Shown one piece after another: positions 53,141 to 62,391 of a stretch of DNA of 64,000 bases. Below the pieces are notes generated by a model that was not told where the DNA came from, searched no databases, and saw only the letters and a list, made by a program, of their open reading frames with translations. The DNA is taken from NCBI RefSeq assembly GCF_056712565.1, contig NZ_JBWXXM010000002.1. The stretch is one strand, 5' to 3'. The first letter of the stretch is position 1, and each line of letters opens with the position of its first letter. This DNA is from a plasmid. The translations under genes and the position numbers were made by a program.

Positions 53141-53960
53141 GGCACTGTTGCAAAGTTAGCGATGAGGCAGCCTTTTGTCTTATTCAAAGGCCTTACATTT
53201 CAAAAACTCTGCTTACCAGGCGCATTTCGCCCAGGGGATCACCATAATAAAATGCTGAGGCCTGGCCTTTGCGTAGTGCACGCATCACCTCAATACCTTT
53301 GATGGTGGCGTAAGCCGTCTTCATGGATTTAAATCCCAGCGTGGCGCCGATTATCCGTTTCAGTTTGCCATGATCGCATTCAATCACGTTGTTCCGGTAC
53401 TTAATCTGTCGGTGTTCAACGTCAGACGGGCACCGGCCTTCGCGTTTGAGCAGAGCAAGCGCGCGACCATAGGCGGGCGCTTTATCCGTGTTGATGAATC
53501 GCGGGATCTGCCACTTCTTCACGTTGTTGAGGATTTTACCCAGAAACCGGTATGCAGCTTTGCTGTTACGACGGGAGGAGAGATAAAAATCGACAGTGCG
53601 GCCCCGGCTGTCGACGGCCCGGTACAGATACGCCCAGCGGCCATTGACCTTCACGTAGGTTTCATCCATGTGCCACGGGCAAAGATCGGAAGGGTTACGC
53701 CAGTACCAGCGCAGCCGTTTTTCCATTTCAGGCGCATAACGCTGAACCCAGCGGTAAATCGTGGAGTGATCGACATTCACTCCGCGTTCAGCCAGCATCT
53801 CCTGCAGCTCACGGTAACTGATGCCGTATTTGCAGTACCAGCGTACGGCCCACAGAATGATGTCACGCTGAAAATGCCGGCCTTTGAATGGGTTCATGTG
53901 CAGCTCCATCAGCAAAAGGGGATGATAAGTTTATCACCACCGACTATTTGCAACAGTGCC
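53141..53960 (-). mobile_element. IS26 copy 1 (820 bp)
   Basis: 14-bp terminal IRs GGCACTGTTGCAAA at both ends; flanking 8-mers differ (no TSD). Confidence 0.9.
53193..53897 (-). CDS. IS26 transposase
   Basis: 234 aa from [21 protein letters not shown]... Confidence 0.9.
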   Translation of the reverse strand: MNPFKGRHFQRDIILWAVRWYCKYGISYRELQEMLAERGVNVDHSTIYRWVQRYAPEMEKRLRWYWRNPSDLCPWHMDETYVKVNGRWAYLYRAVDSRGRTVDFYLSSRRNSKAAYRFLGKILNNVKKWQIPRFINTDKAPAYGRALALLKREGRCPSDVEHRQIKYRNNVIECDHGKLKRIIGATLGFKSMKTAYATIKGIEVMRALRKGQASAFYYGDPLGEMRLVSRVFEM

Positions 53961-54162
53961 ACAGAAAATTACCTGAACTGCGTCAACTCGGAGTCTGGCC
54001 GCGTGCGCGTGGAAGCAAAGCGGGCGAGCGAAGAATACGGGCGAGTGCTGCGGCGCTATCCGCTGAAACCCGGCGAGACGGTCGAGCGTCCGCAACGCGG
54101 GGAAGTCGTCAGCAGCTCCGGGGTTCTCCCCCCACTGGACCCAGGCGAATACTAAGCGCGGC

Positions 54163-54690
54163 GGTGTGTAATAGACGGAGCGCGAGGCGACTACTGGTCA
54201 GGGTTTGCGCAAGGCGGGTGTGTAATAGACGGGAGGGGATCGATCCGGCGATCCAGCCTGTGGATAGTCCGTCTATTACCCACCCGGTTCCGTCGTTTAC
54301 CCACCCAACCCCGTCTATTACCCACCGGAAACCGTCTATTACCCACCGAGGGGTTCTATAAGCAACTGATAATGAAGGTAAATTTTGCCTTCTGATTCCC
54401 TAAAACTCTTTAAAACAAAAAAAACATATATAAAACGTGTAGCCCTGGGGAAAACAGCCCGTGGAATTATGGACAATCCGGCAAGCCGGATACCTGCCTA
54501 ACCGCTTCGCGGTTCCCCATTGACAGGCCAGGGACAACCGCGAGCGGTTGCCCCCACCCTGCCAACAGGTCGGCAGTTGCCCACAATACCACCGGCTCAA
54601 GCAACAGGATTTTTTTATATTTTTGTTTTTAAAAGAAAAAAGCGGCCGTGCTCTAGTGGCATGGCCGCGTTACGTGGTCCTATCAGGGGC
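54163..54690. other. oriV-like module: iteron array, GC-rich palindromes, 32-bp AT-rich tract, further palindrome
   Basis: Four direct CCGTCTATTACCCACC-like 16-mers at exact 21-bp period (54269, 54290, 54311, 54332) plus two inverted copies (54163-54178, 54217-54232); AT tract 54610-54641; palindrome GCGGCCGTGCTCTAGTGGCATGGCCGC. Confidence 0.5.
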
Positions 54691-54770
54691 TTGTGGCTCT
54701 TGCGCCTCCTCGGATCGACACAAGTGCCGATCACTGCGGCGGGGCGCTCCTGGCTCAAGCTGAAAAGCGA

Positions 54771-55106
54771 TCAGTATCCGCACCAGTGGCGACGGCGTTC
54801 CCTCCACGCATTCGGGCCGGGCCTCCACTCAACGGCTAACCCCTCGGCCATGAGGGTTTGCCCCACGTCCCGCCCGTCGATCAGCAGGTGAACAAGGCGG
54901 CGGTCGTACTTGTCGGCTTGGCCGGAATCGACAACCTCGATGCGCTGAGCGTTGGCAACCAGTTCGCGGAGGCGTGCGGTTGCCTCGCGGCCCTTCGTCA
55001 GCTCGGCGTCGCACCTGGGCTTGTAGGTTTCCGGGGTGTCAATCGACAGCAGGCGCAAGCGTTGACCGTTGTATCGTAACCGTCCGGTGATTCCACCTTG
55101 AGCCAA
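54771..55106 (-). CDS. Thermonuclease (SNase-like) family protein, possibly N-terminally truncated
   Basis: ORF 111 aa with LLSIDTPE motif. Confidence 0.4.
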   Translation of the reverse strand: MAQGGITGRLRYNGQRLRLLSIDTPETYKPRCDAELTKGREATARLRELVANAQRIEVVDSGQADKYDRRLVHLLIDGRDVGQTLMAEGLAVEWRPGPNAWRERRRHWCGY

Positions 55107-55139
55107 ATCGCCTGCCGACCAAAAGGCTCGAAGCTTACC

Positions 55140-55228
55140 ACCCGGTCGATTCCGGTCAGATCCAGAAACGCCTCGTCGATGGAGTAGACATCCACTCTCG
55201 ATGCCAGAGCTTCCAGGGTCGTCATCAC
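55140..55228 (-). pseudogene. Short fragment of a umuC/mucB-type Y-family polymerase gene
   Basis: ...LEALASRVDVYSIDEAFLDLTGIDR matches the conserved UmuC SIDEAF region; homology ends abruptly. Confidence 0.4.
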
Positions 55229-55489
55229 CCGCCGGCTTATATCGCCATTTGTGTGGAATAGAGAATCAATTGGAACGGGGGCTTTGCTCGCCCCCCCTTG
55301 AACTTCTCATACCCAACCTGTTTGGCTATAGCTACTGAGGAGATCGCGGTGGCCCACCAAATCTTCCGGTCATCCTGTTCAATTACACCGCTAGCCGTAC
55401 CCAGGAGGTGCCGCAGCGCCTCCTGGAGGCAGAAAGGCGTCGAGCGTATAGGTTGCTGGGCATGCGCGGCGCAAGTTCATCAGAAAACT

Positions 55490-55900
55490 CAATCCAAGGG
55501 CAAGATCGGCCGAGCGGAGATGGCACTGACTCTTATCAACAAGCTCTACGGCATCGAGCGCGACATGGAAGAGGCGGGCGATGCCCAGCGATACCAGACG
55601 CGCCAGTCGCAAAGCCAGGCTTTCCTGGAGCAACTGAAAGCTAGGCTGGACAAAACCCCTCCCCAGGTCACGTCGTCAAAGTGCCTTGGGCAAGCAATCA
55701 ATTGCCTTGCGAGCAACTGGTTAAAGCTGATCCGCTACATCGAAAGGGGGACACCTGCCCATCGACAACAACCCTGCCGAGCGGGCGAGCCACCTTCTCA
55801 TGTACATATGACCAAAGCGTCGCCCGTCTCCTCCCGTTATGTCATGCCTACCCACGACGGAGTATTGACGGTCTCTGTGCGCCAGAGCATAGTTTTCCCG
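55490..55900 (+). pseudogene. Frameshifted fragment of an IS66-family transposase gene
   Basis: KLYGIERDMEEAG... and LPIDNNPAERA in two frames parallel the C-terminal region of the intact IS66 transposase. Confidence 0.5.
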
Positions 55901-55976
55901 AAGGGCGCTTAGGTACATATCTTCATGTGCTGTCCAGGCGCAGTTGCGTTTAGAGTACGTGTCCAATCAGTTTTAA

Positions 55977-56351
55977 ATGGGTGTGAACATGAGAGCAGAA
56001 ACTGAATCGCGGATTTTTTCGGTGGATGAATATGTTCGTCCGTCTAACGGCGAACCGATTCGTTCGGTTGTTCTGGAAACCAATGACTCTGTCGTCGTTG
56101 TTTGGCACGCCCACCCTGGGCAGGAAATAGCTTCCCATGTACATCCTCACGGCCAAGATACTTGGACGGTTATCTCAGGTGAAGCCGAATATCATCAAGG
56201 TAACGGCATAGTCACTCATCTTAAAGCTGGAGATATTGCGATCGCAAAACCTGGGCAGGTACATGGTGCAATGAACTCTGGCCCCGAACCTTTTATATTT
56301 GTTTCAGTGGTTGCGCCGGGCAATGCCGGTTTTGCGTTGGCTGAGAAATAG
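55977..56351 (+). CDS. Cupin-domain protein (124 aa)
   Basis: His-rich cupin-like motifs (HAHPGQEIASHVHPHGQD ... GQVHGAMN). Confidence 0.55.
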   Translation: MGVNMRAETESRIFSVDEYVRPSNGEPIRSVVLETNDSVVVVWHAHPGQEIASHVHPHGQDTWTVISGEAEYHQGNGIVTHLKAGDIAIAKPGQVHGAMNSGPEPFIFVSVVAPGNAGFALAEK

Positions 56352-56391
56352 GCGAAAGGCCTGAGAGGAAACTGATGAATACACGATTATT

Positions 56392-57211
56392 GGCACTGTT
56401 GCAAAGTTAGCGATGAGGCAGCCTTTTGTCTTATTCAAAGGCCTTACATTTCAAAAACTCTGCTTACCAGGCGCATTTCGCCCAGGGGATCACCATAATA
56501 AAATGCTGAGGCCTGGCCTTTGCGTAGTGCACGCATCACCTCAATACCTTTGATGGTGGCGTAAGCCGTCTTCATGGATTTAAATCCCAGCGTGGCGCCG
56601 ATTATCCGTTTCAGTTTGCCATGATCGCATTCAATCACGTTGTTCCGGTACTTAATCTGTCGGTGTTCAACGTCAGACGGGCACCGGCCTTCGCGTTTGA
56701 GCAGAGCAAGCGCGCGACCATAGGCGGGCGCTTTATCCGTGTTGATGAATCGCGGGATCTGCCACTTCTTCACGTTGTTGAGGATTTTACCCAGAAACCG
56801 GTATGCAGCTTTGCTGTTACGACGGGAGGAGAGATAAAAATCGACAGTGCGGCCCCGGCTGTCGACGGCCCGGTACAGATACGCCCAGCGGCCATTGACC
56901 TTCACGTAGGTTTCATCCATGTGCCACGGGCAAAGATCGGAAGGGTTACGCCAGTACCAGCGCAGCCGTTTTTCCATTTCAGGCGCATAACGCTGAACCC
57001 AGCGGTAAATCGTGGAGTGATCGACATTCACTCCGCGTTCAGCCAGCATCTCCTGCAGCTCACGGTAACTGATGCCGTATTTGCAGTACCAGCGTACGGC
57101 CCACAGAATGATGTCACGCTGAAAATGCCGGCCTTTGAATGGGTTCATGTGCAGCTCCATCAGCAAAAGGGGATGATAAGTTTATCACCACCGACTATTT
57201 GCAACAGTGCC
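56392..57211 (-). mobile_element. IS26 copy 2 (820 bp), same orientation as copy 1
   Basis: 14-bp IRs at both ends; flanking 8-mers differ. Confidence 0.9.
56444..57148 (-). CDS. IS26 transposase
   Basis: Protein identical to copy 1. Confidence 0.9.
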   Translation of the reverse strand: MNPFKGRHFQRDIILWAVRWYCKYGISYRELQEMLAERGVNVDHSTIYRWVQRYAPEMEKRLRWYWRNPSDLCPWHMDETYVKVNGRWAYLYRAVDSRGRTVDFYLSSRRNSKAAYRFLGKILNNVKKWQIPRFINTDKAPAYGRALALLKREGRCPSDVEHRQIKYRNNVIECDHGKLKRIIGATLGFKSMKTAYATIKGIEVMRALRKGQASAFYYGDPLGEMRLVSRVFEM

Positions 57212-58167
57212 ATATTTCCAATAACCCATTAAGTCAATCCCTCTACACTGGGCGCACCGATGAGTTTGGCCAAATAGAGTTTGCTTTACGAATGATGCAA
57301 GCTGAAACAGGCGCCATAGTAGGTCGCATAGGTGATGCATCAAATCGGCTTAGCGAACACACCCGAGGCCTACTAAAGGATATTGAGTCAAGCAATGTAC
57401 TTACAGTTGAGCAGCAGGCAGAGACAGATCAAATAGCAACGGCAGTAAACCAAATGGTGGCAAGCATTCAAGAGGTTGCGAGCAATGCACAGCATGCTGC
57501 AGATGCGGCCGGAAGAGCAGACACTGAGACGGCATCTGGCCAGCGTCTGGTAGCCCACACAAGCCAGTCAATCACTGCCCTTGAAGGTGAAATTAGGCAA
57601 GCCACTCAGGTTATTCATGAGCTTGAAGGTCAAAGTAACGAGATATCAAAAGTTCTTGACGTTATACGAGGGATCGCCGAGCAAACGAATTTGTTGGCAC
57701 TCAACGCAGCAATTGAGGCCGCGCGTGCTGGTGAGCAGGGGCGTGGTTTTGCTGTTGTCGCCGATGAGGTTCGCAGTCTTGCTGCTCGCACACAGCAATC
57801 GACAACGGATATTCAAAGCATGATCAGCGCTCTACAAGAGCGAGCGCAATCCGCTGTTACAGTCATGGAGCAAAGTAGTCGGCAAGCGCACACGAGTGTA
57901 GCTCACGCAGAGGAAGCAGCTACAGCTCTTGATGGAATTGGCCAACGCGTTAACGAAATTACCGACATGAACGCGCAAATAGCGACTGCGGTCGAGCAGC
58001 AGGGAGCAGTAAGTGAAGACATAAACCGCAGTATTATCAATATACGCGATGCTGCTGATACCAATGTACAGACCGGGCAGAATAATTTGCAAAGTGCGAA
58101 ATCTGTCGCTCAGTTAACTAGCGCTCTGAGCGAACTGGCAAAACAGTTTTGGGAAAAACGAGGATAA
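57212..58167 (+). pseudogene. 5'-truncated methyl-accepting chemotaxis protein-like gene (Tn1721 orfI/mcp), cut by IS26
   Basis: C-terminal MCP signalling-domain sequence (...[35 protein letters not shown]...); reading frame starts inside IS26. Confidence 0.7.
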
Positions 58168-58318
58168 CGCTTTTCAGTATCTCGACAGGGATAACTTACT
58201 TTACCATCGGTTATCCCTTTTAGCCGCACAAATTTTAGCCATGGCTTTTCAGGAAGTCAGGGCTATCAGAATGGCCTTAGAAAGCCTAGTCAAAGAGCTG
58301 TCACGAGAACACCGTTAG

Positions 58319-58356
58319 CTTAGCGTACGATTTTTTCCGAATTCTGCGGTTCCCCC
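58319..58356. repeat. Tn1721-type 38-bp terminal IR (other outer end, IRL variant)
   Basis: Reverse complement reads GGGGGAACCGCAGAATTCGGAAAAAATCGTACGCTAAG. Confidence 0.85.
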
Positions 58357-59101
58357 TTAAATACCTTCCGATGGACTTAAACCTTGCCGCTGCAACTTCC
58401 TCGAAATAGGGCAGCATTCTTTTGCTGGCATTAGCGATTGCCTGCGTTCGTTGTGTGATGATTTTGCTGATGGCTGTGCTGATCTGCCCTTCTTTTAAGG
58501 CCGCTTCTCTGATTTGTTCAATGCGGGTATCTGAAATACCAGAGGACAGAGCATTCTGAACTGATCCAATTGCCAAGGAAGTGACCGCCTGCTGCTCTTG
58601 AGAGGGCACTAACGCAACGCTAATGCCCGTCACAGGGTTTTCACGGTCATCTGTACCTAATTGCTCAATCGCGAGGTCACGGAGCCCCTGAGCATCACTC
58701 ACGAGGGCTGTAAGCGATGCCTGTAGGCTATTCACTTCTTCCTGAGCTTGTCTGAGTTCAGCATCCCGGATTACCTTATGGTCGGGTTCAAATACAAAAC
58801 TGGACAGAAAATCCTTAACCAGGAAGCGATGCTCTCGCATTTCTTTGCCACGTTCCCTACGGTAGCCACTGCTGTCTTCAGTGACAATAGCAACAGTCTG
58901 ACCGTAAACGCGGGGATGGGCGCGTAGAATTACTGTATGCAGCTTATCTTCAACGTAACGCAAAGACGTAATGAGCAGTGTATCCCCTGCCACAATACCC
59001 TCTTCAGGGATGCTGTCAGTGGACGTCCAGTACTGACCCGCCAGCAAAGAATGAAATCGCTCTAAACGGTCAATGCTATTTTTGCTGACCAGGTCACCCA
59101 T
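58357..59101 (-). pseudogene. 5' portion (248 codons) of the gene split by the Tn1721-derived transposon
   Basis: Track ORF 58301-59101 continues 18 codons into the IR; native part ends ...KSIGRYL at the TSD. Confidence 0.6.
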
Positions 59102-59300
59102 ATACTTTTCCTTCCAGATTCGTGTGTTAGGTGAATCATACCAGATTGCCCTTGCCGTCTAATAACGCAGAAAACTGTGAATCCAAAATTCCTTAAATTC
59201 AAACCTGTCCAATATAAAAGATGGCTCTTTTTCTTATCCAGTGTTAAGCGATAATGCTCAATTTTATTTCATTATTGTCAGAATCAAAATAATCTGAAAA

Positions 59301-59326
59301 TAAAAAAGGCTTCAGAATTGAAGCCT
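59301..59326 (-). terminator. Rho-independent terminator after the 118-aa exported-protein gene
   Basis: GGCTTC/GAAGCC stem; on the minus strand followed by T6. Confidence 0.5.
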
Positions 59327-59351
59327 CTATATTATACAACGTGAATGTATT

Positions 59352-59708
59352 TTATTTATCTTTCACCGGGTTCATTTCCCAGTATCTTTCACGTACGTTT
59401 TCTTGGCAATGGTCCGCTCGCTCCGGCGTGTCCCTTTTACGAGTAGCAAATGCTTCAATTACGGCATTCAAGTCTTTTTCTTTGATTTTAGATCCAACAG
59501 GCAAGTTTTCTTCAAACTCAGTCCTTACCAGTTCTTTCGTTTTTTTATAATCGGTTTCACTTTGGATTTCAGGTTTTAAACAAATATCGGCAACCATCAC
59601 ATCTGATTTGCCCGGGATCGGTTTTTTCCCGTTTTCAGATGCAAGGACCGCAGAGGAGGTAAAGGCGACAGACAGAGTTGCACATAACAGAAGGTATTTT
59701 AATTTCAT
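59352..59708 (-). CDS. Exported small protein (118 aa)
   Basis: Signal-peptide-like N-terminus MKLKYLLLCATLSVAFTSSAVLA. Confidence 0.45.
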   Translation of the reverse strand: MKLKYLLLCATLSVAFTSSAVLASENGKKPIPGKSDVMVADICLKPEIQSETDYKKTKELVRTEFEENLPVGSKIKEKDLNAVIEAFATRKRDTPERADHCQENVRERYWEMNPVKDK

Positions 59709-59857
59709 GACTCACTCCATGATTATCAATGATGGTTGCTCAGACACATCATTTATACCATGCCTGTCACCGAATACGAGATCCCCATATTTTGGCTTTA
59801 AATATTATCCAATAGGGTTTCATACACCTGGCTTCTGAAAGCAAGGTTCAAGGAGCT

Positions 59858-60475
59858 TCAGGGGGAAATCAGATTGTTGTCGACCCAGTACTTGTGCAAA
59901 CCTACCACCCAATTCCTGGAAATGGACGAAAGTTCATGCGCCAGTTCACGACAGCATTCAGGCGTAAAAATACGTATGGGTCCTGAAGTACCGATATCAA
60001 CAGACATGATAAACTCCAGAATGTTGCCATGGCATAGGTTGTTTCTCAGCCTGACAATTTCTGCTTCAGGTGTTCTCCCGGCTGCTACCTTAACCAACAT
60101 ATCCTGCTCGGCTGGAAATGAAAGTAATTCTACCGGCACCCCTTCCTGCTTGGCCTTTCTCAGTAAGGCATTACTCATTACGGAGATACCCTCCAAGTCC
60201 ACCAGCTCAGGAGCTGCATGCTGATCGTTAACTGTTGGTTTCAGCATCAGCGACTTCAACGTAACCATGAGTGATGTTTCAATCCCGTTCAGGAAGCTCG
60301 TACAGGCCGGTATCCATAGTTCGTGATGCAACGCCTCGGTTGCTTGTTTAAAGAACCAGTCAATCACGGGGACAGTGTGATAATCATAATAGTGATTTAT
60401 CTCGCTGAATCTTGACATATAAGCATCGTACTCAGCCTGGTCTTCAGGAGATAAAAAATTTGGTGGGAGGGGCAT
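59858..60475 (-). CDS. Hypothetical protein (205 aa)
   Basis: ORF only. Confidence 0.4.
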   Translation of the reverse strand: MPLPPNFLSPEDQAEYDAYMSRFSEINHYYDYHTVPVIDWFFKQATEALHHELWIPACTSFLNGIETSLMVTLKSLMLKPTVNDQHAAPELVDLEGISVMSNALLRKAKQEGVPVELLSFPAEQDMLVKVAAGRTPEAEIVRLRNNLCHGNILEFIMSVDIGTSGPIRIFTPECCRELAHELSSISRNWVVGLHKYWVDNNLISP

Positions 60476-60629
60476 CAGAATCCTTTCATCCTAGCTTGTA
60501 TACCTTCTTCGTAGGCCAGCTCGCCATTATCGGTAAAAGATGGTTTTTGGTGTTTGTGACAAAGCTTAATTTTTCGTCAGGCTCGATAGCGTTACCGGAG
60601 AGATTTGATCTTTTCTCTGTAACTCGTAA

Positions 60630-60649
60630 TACTGTTTATACATACAGTA
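60630..60649. promoter_or_regulatory. LexA (SOS) box upstream of umuD
   Basis: TACTGTTTATACATACAGTA = CTGT-N8-ACAG consensus, 20 bp upstream of the umuD ATG. Confidence 0.65.
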
Positions 60650-60668
60650 TGAGAATTCGAGTGTAGCT

Positions 60669-61103
60669 ATGTCTGTTATCCTTGAGCACATTAGCAACAA
60701 GCCTTACGAAATGGCACCTTTTTTCAGTGATTTACTGAGCTGTGGAGTGATGAGTCCGTGCGCCGGGCATGAAGATAATGAATTAAATTTGCATGAATAT
60801 GTAGTCCGTAACCGCCCCTCAACCTTCTTTGTCAGGGCGGCGGGCCTCAGTATGATCAATGCCGGTATCAATGATGGCGCTATTCTGGTTGTGGATCGGT
60901 CTTTAACGGCACGACACGGCTCTATCGTCGTTGCGCTGGTGGATGGAGAGTTCACGGTAAAGATCTTACACACGTATCCTGAGCTGCTTTTGATGCCTTC
61001 TAATCCAGCCTATAAGCCGATACGTGTAAATCCCGAATCCCTTGAGATATGGGGCATCGTCACCTTTGCACTGAATCAGTTTAGCCATGTACATGCACGT
61101 TGA
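60669..61103 (+). CDS. umuD: UmuD/MucA-like translesion polymerase accessory subunit (S24 peptidase fold)
   Basis: ORF 144 aa; Cys-Gly cleavage-site context (SDLLSCG), Ser (GLSM) and Lys (TVK) of LexA-type autoprotease. Confidence 0.8.
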   Translation: MSVILEHISNKPYEMAPFFSDLLSCGVMSPCAGHEDNELNLHEYVVRNRPSTFFVRAAGLSMINAGINDGAILVVDRSLTARHGSIVVALVDGEFTVKILHTYPELLLMPSNPAYKPIRVNPESLEIWGIVTFALNQFSHVHAR

Positions 61104-62346
61104 TATTAACGGGGCCTATGCGGCATTTGAGTGTGCGATGGATCCCAAGCTGGCAAAAAAGCCGCTCATCATAGCCAGCAATAACGATTCGTCCGTCATT
61201 GCAATGAATAAACTGGCTAAAAGCGTTGGTATTAAGCGTGGGACCCCAATTTTTAAGTGCAGGGATTTGATTCAGCAACACCAGATCGAAGTCCGGAGCT
61301 CTAACTTTACTTTGTATGAAGACTACTCAAATCGCTTCCATGAAACGCTGGAAAGCTTCGCGCCTCAATCGAGTCGATATAGCATAGATGAAAATTTCAT
61401 GTTATTGAAAAACATGAACAAGATAATAGATTATGAAGATTACGGCCGGTTGATCAGAAGTACACTTCTTCATAATCTGTCCCTTACCTGTGGTGTGGGG
61501 TGTTCAAGCACCAAAACCCTGGCTAAATTATGCACCTATGCGAGCAAACGATGGGCAGCTACAGGCGGGGTTGTAGTTTTGACTGATCAGGCCAGGATCA
61601 GGAAGCTCCTGGGCCTTATCAGTACCAGAGAAATATGGGGTATTGGTCAAAAGATCAGTGAACGCCTGTCGGCTTTCGGGATCATCACTGCCGGTGATTT
61701 TTATAATAGCGACGTTCGCTTTTTACGTAAAAGCTTTGGCGTTGAAATCGAGCGTACCTGGCGGGAACTGCATGGCGAACCATGTTTCCGGCTGCATGAA
61801 TCCCCTCCTGTCCGGCAACAGATTATCGTTTCCAGAAGTTTTGGTCAGCGCCTTAATGAGATAGGCAAGCTACATGAGGCAGTTTCATTTTTTACCGCCC
61901 GGGCGGCAGAGCAGCTGCGCAAGGATGGCTCGTGGACCCGTCAAATCACAGTCTTCATTCAGAGCAGCAATTATGCGCAAGGTGAAAACCGCTACAGCAA
62001 TTGTGGTATCGAGCCGCTTACCGCTACACAGGACACCCGCGATCTGGTTGATGCAGCCATGACCATCCTGAACCGCATTTACAAACCCGGGATAGCGTAT
62101 GCGAAAGCTGGGGTAATGCTCTCCGCTATGACTGACGGCACAGAGCAACTCAGCCTGTTTGATGAGCGCCCGGCCAGGCCTGGCAGTCAGGCACTGATGA
62201 AAGTTATGGACCGGTTCAATAAAGAAAAGCGCGGAGCTCTGTTTTTGCTGGGGGAAGGCATTCAACAGGATTTTCGTATGAAACAGGCCATGCTATCACC
62301 GAGATATACGACCCGCTGGGATGAATTACTCGTTGTAAAAGCGTAG
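61087..62346 (+). CDS. umuC: UmuC/MucB-like Y-family DNA polymerase
   Basis: ORF 419 aa overlapping umuD stop; N-terminus aligns with UmuC (VDINGAYAAFE); SIDE motif; C-terminal ...AMLSPRYTTRWDELLVVKA. Confidence 0.85.
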   Translation: MYMHVDINGAYAAFECAMDPKLAKKPLIIASNNDSSVIAMNKLAKSVGIKRGTPIFKCRDLIQQHQIEVRSSNFTLYEDYSNRFHETLESFAPQSSRYSIDENFMLLKNMNKIIDYEDYGRLIRSTLLHNLSLTCGVGCSSTKTLAKLCTYASKRWAATGGVVVLTDQARIRKLLGLISTREIWGIGQKISERLSAFGIITAGDFYNSDVRFLRKSFGVEIERTWRELHGEPCFRLHESPPVRQQIIVSRSFGQRLNEIGKLHEAVSFFTARAAEQLRKDGSWTRQITVFIQSSNYAQGENRYSNCGIEPLTATQDTRDLVDAAMTILNRIYKPGIAYAKAGVMLSAMTDGTEQLSLFDERPARPGSQALMKVMDRFNKEKRGALFLLGEGIQQDFRMKQAMLSPRYTTRWDELLVVKA

Positions 62347-62391
62347 CGGCCATGACCGGCATGGCCGTACTCATCAAAAGTGAAAGTAACT

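Larger units (their letters stand above)
47300..58356. mobile_element. Tn1721-derived composite transposon carrying tet(A), internally rearranged by two IS26 copies
   Basis: Three 38-bp Tn1721-type IRs; 5-bp direct repeat TTAAA at 47295-47299 and 58357-58361; contains pecM-tetA-tetR, tnpA', mcp fragment. Confidence 0.8.

Noticed and set aside
52627-53187. 186-aa minus-strand ORF spanning the internal Tn1721 IR and IS26 end
   Set aside because: Crosses two mobile-element boundaries; Arg/Gly/Pro-rich GC-frame artefact.
54163-54347. Tandem direct repeats that could be taken for a CRISPR array
   Set aside because: Repeat units are 16 bp with only 5-bp spacers at a fixed 21-bp period, and there are inverted copies and an AT-rich tract; this is iteron-like, not CRISPR.
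53370-54361. Plus-strand ORFs (261 aa and 157 aa) starting inside IS26 and running across the iterons
   Set aside because: They are antisense to the IS26 transposase and cross the IS boundary. The last about 64 codons of the 261-aa frame (53961-54155) might be a Rep-like C-terminal fragment ending just before the iterons, but I could not support that.
57139-58167. 342-aa ORF as an intact methyl-accepting chemotaxis gene
   Set aside because: Its first 24 codons are IS26 sequence; only 57212-58167 is native, so it is a 5'-truncated fragment.
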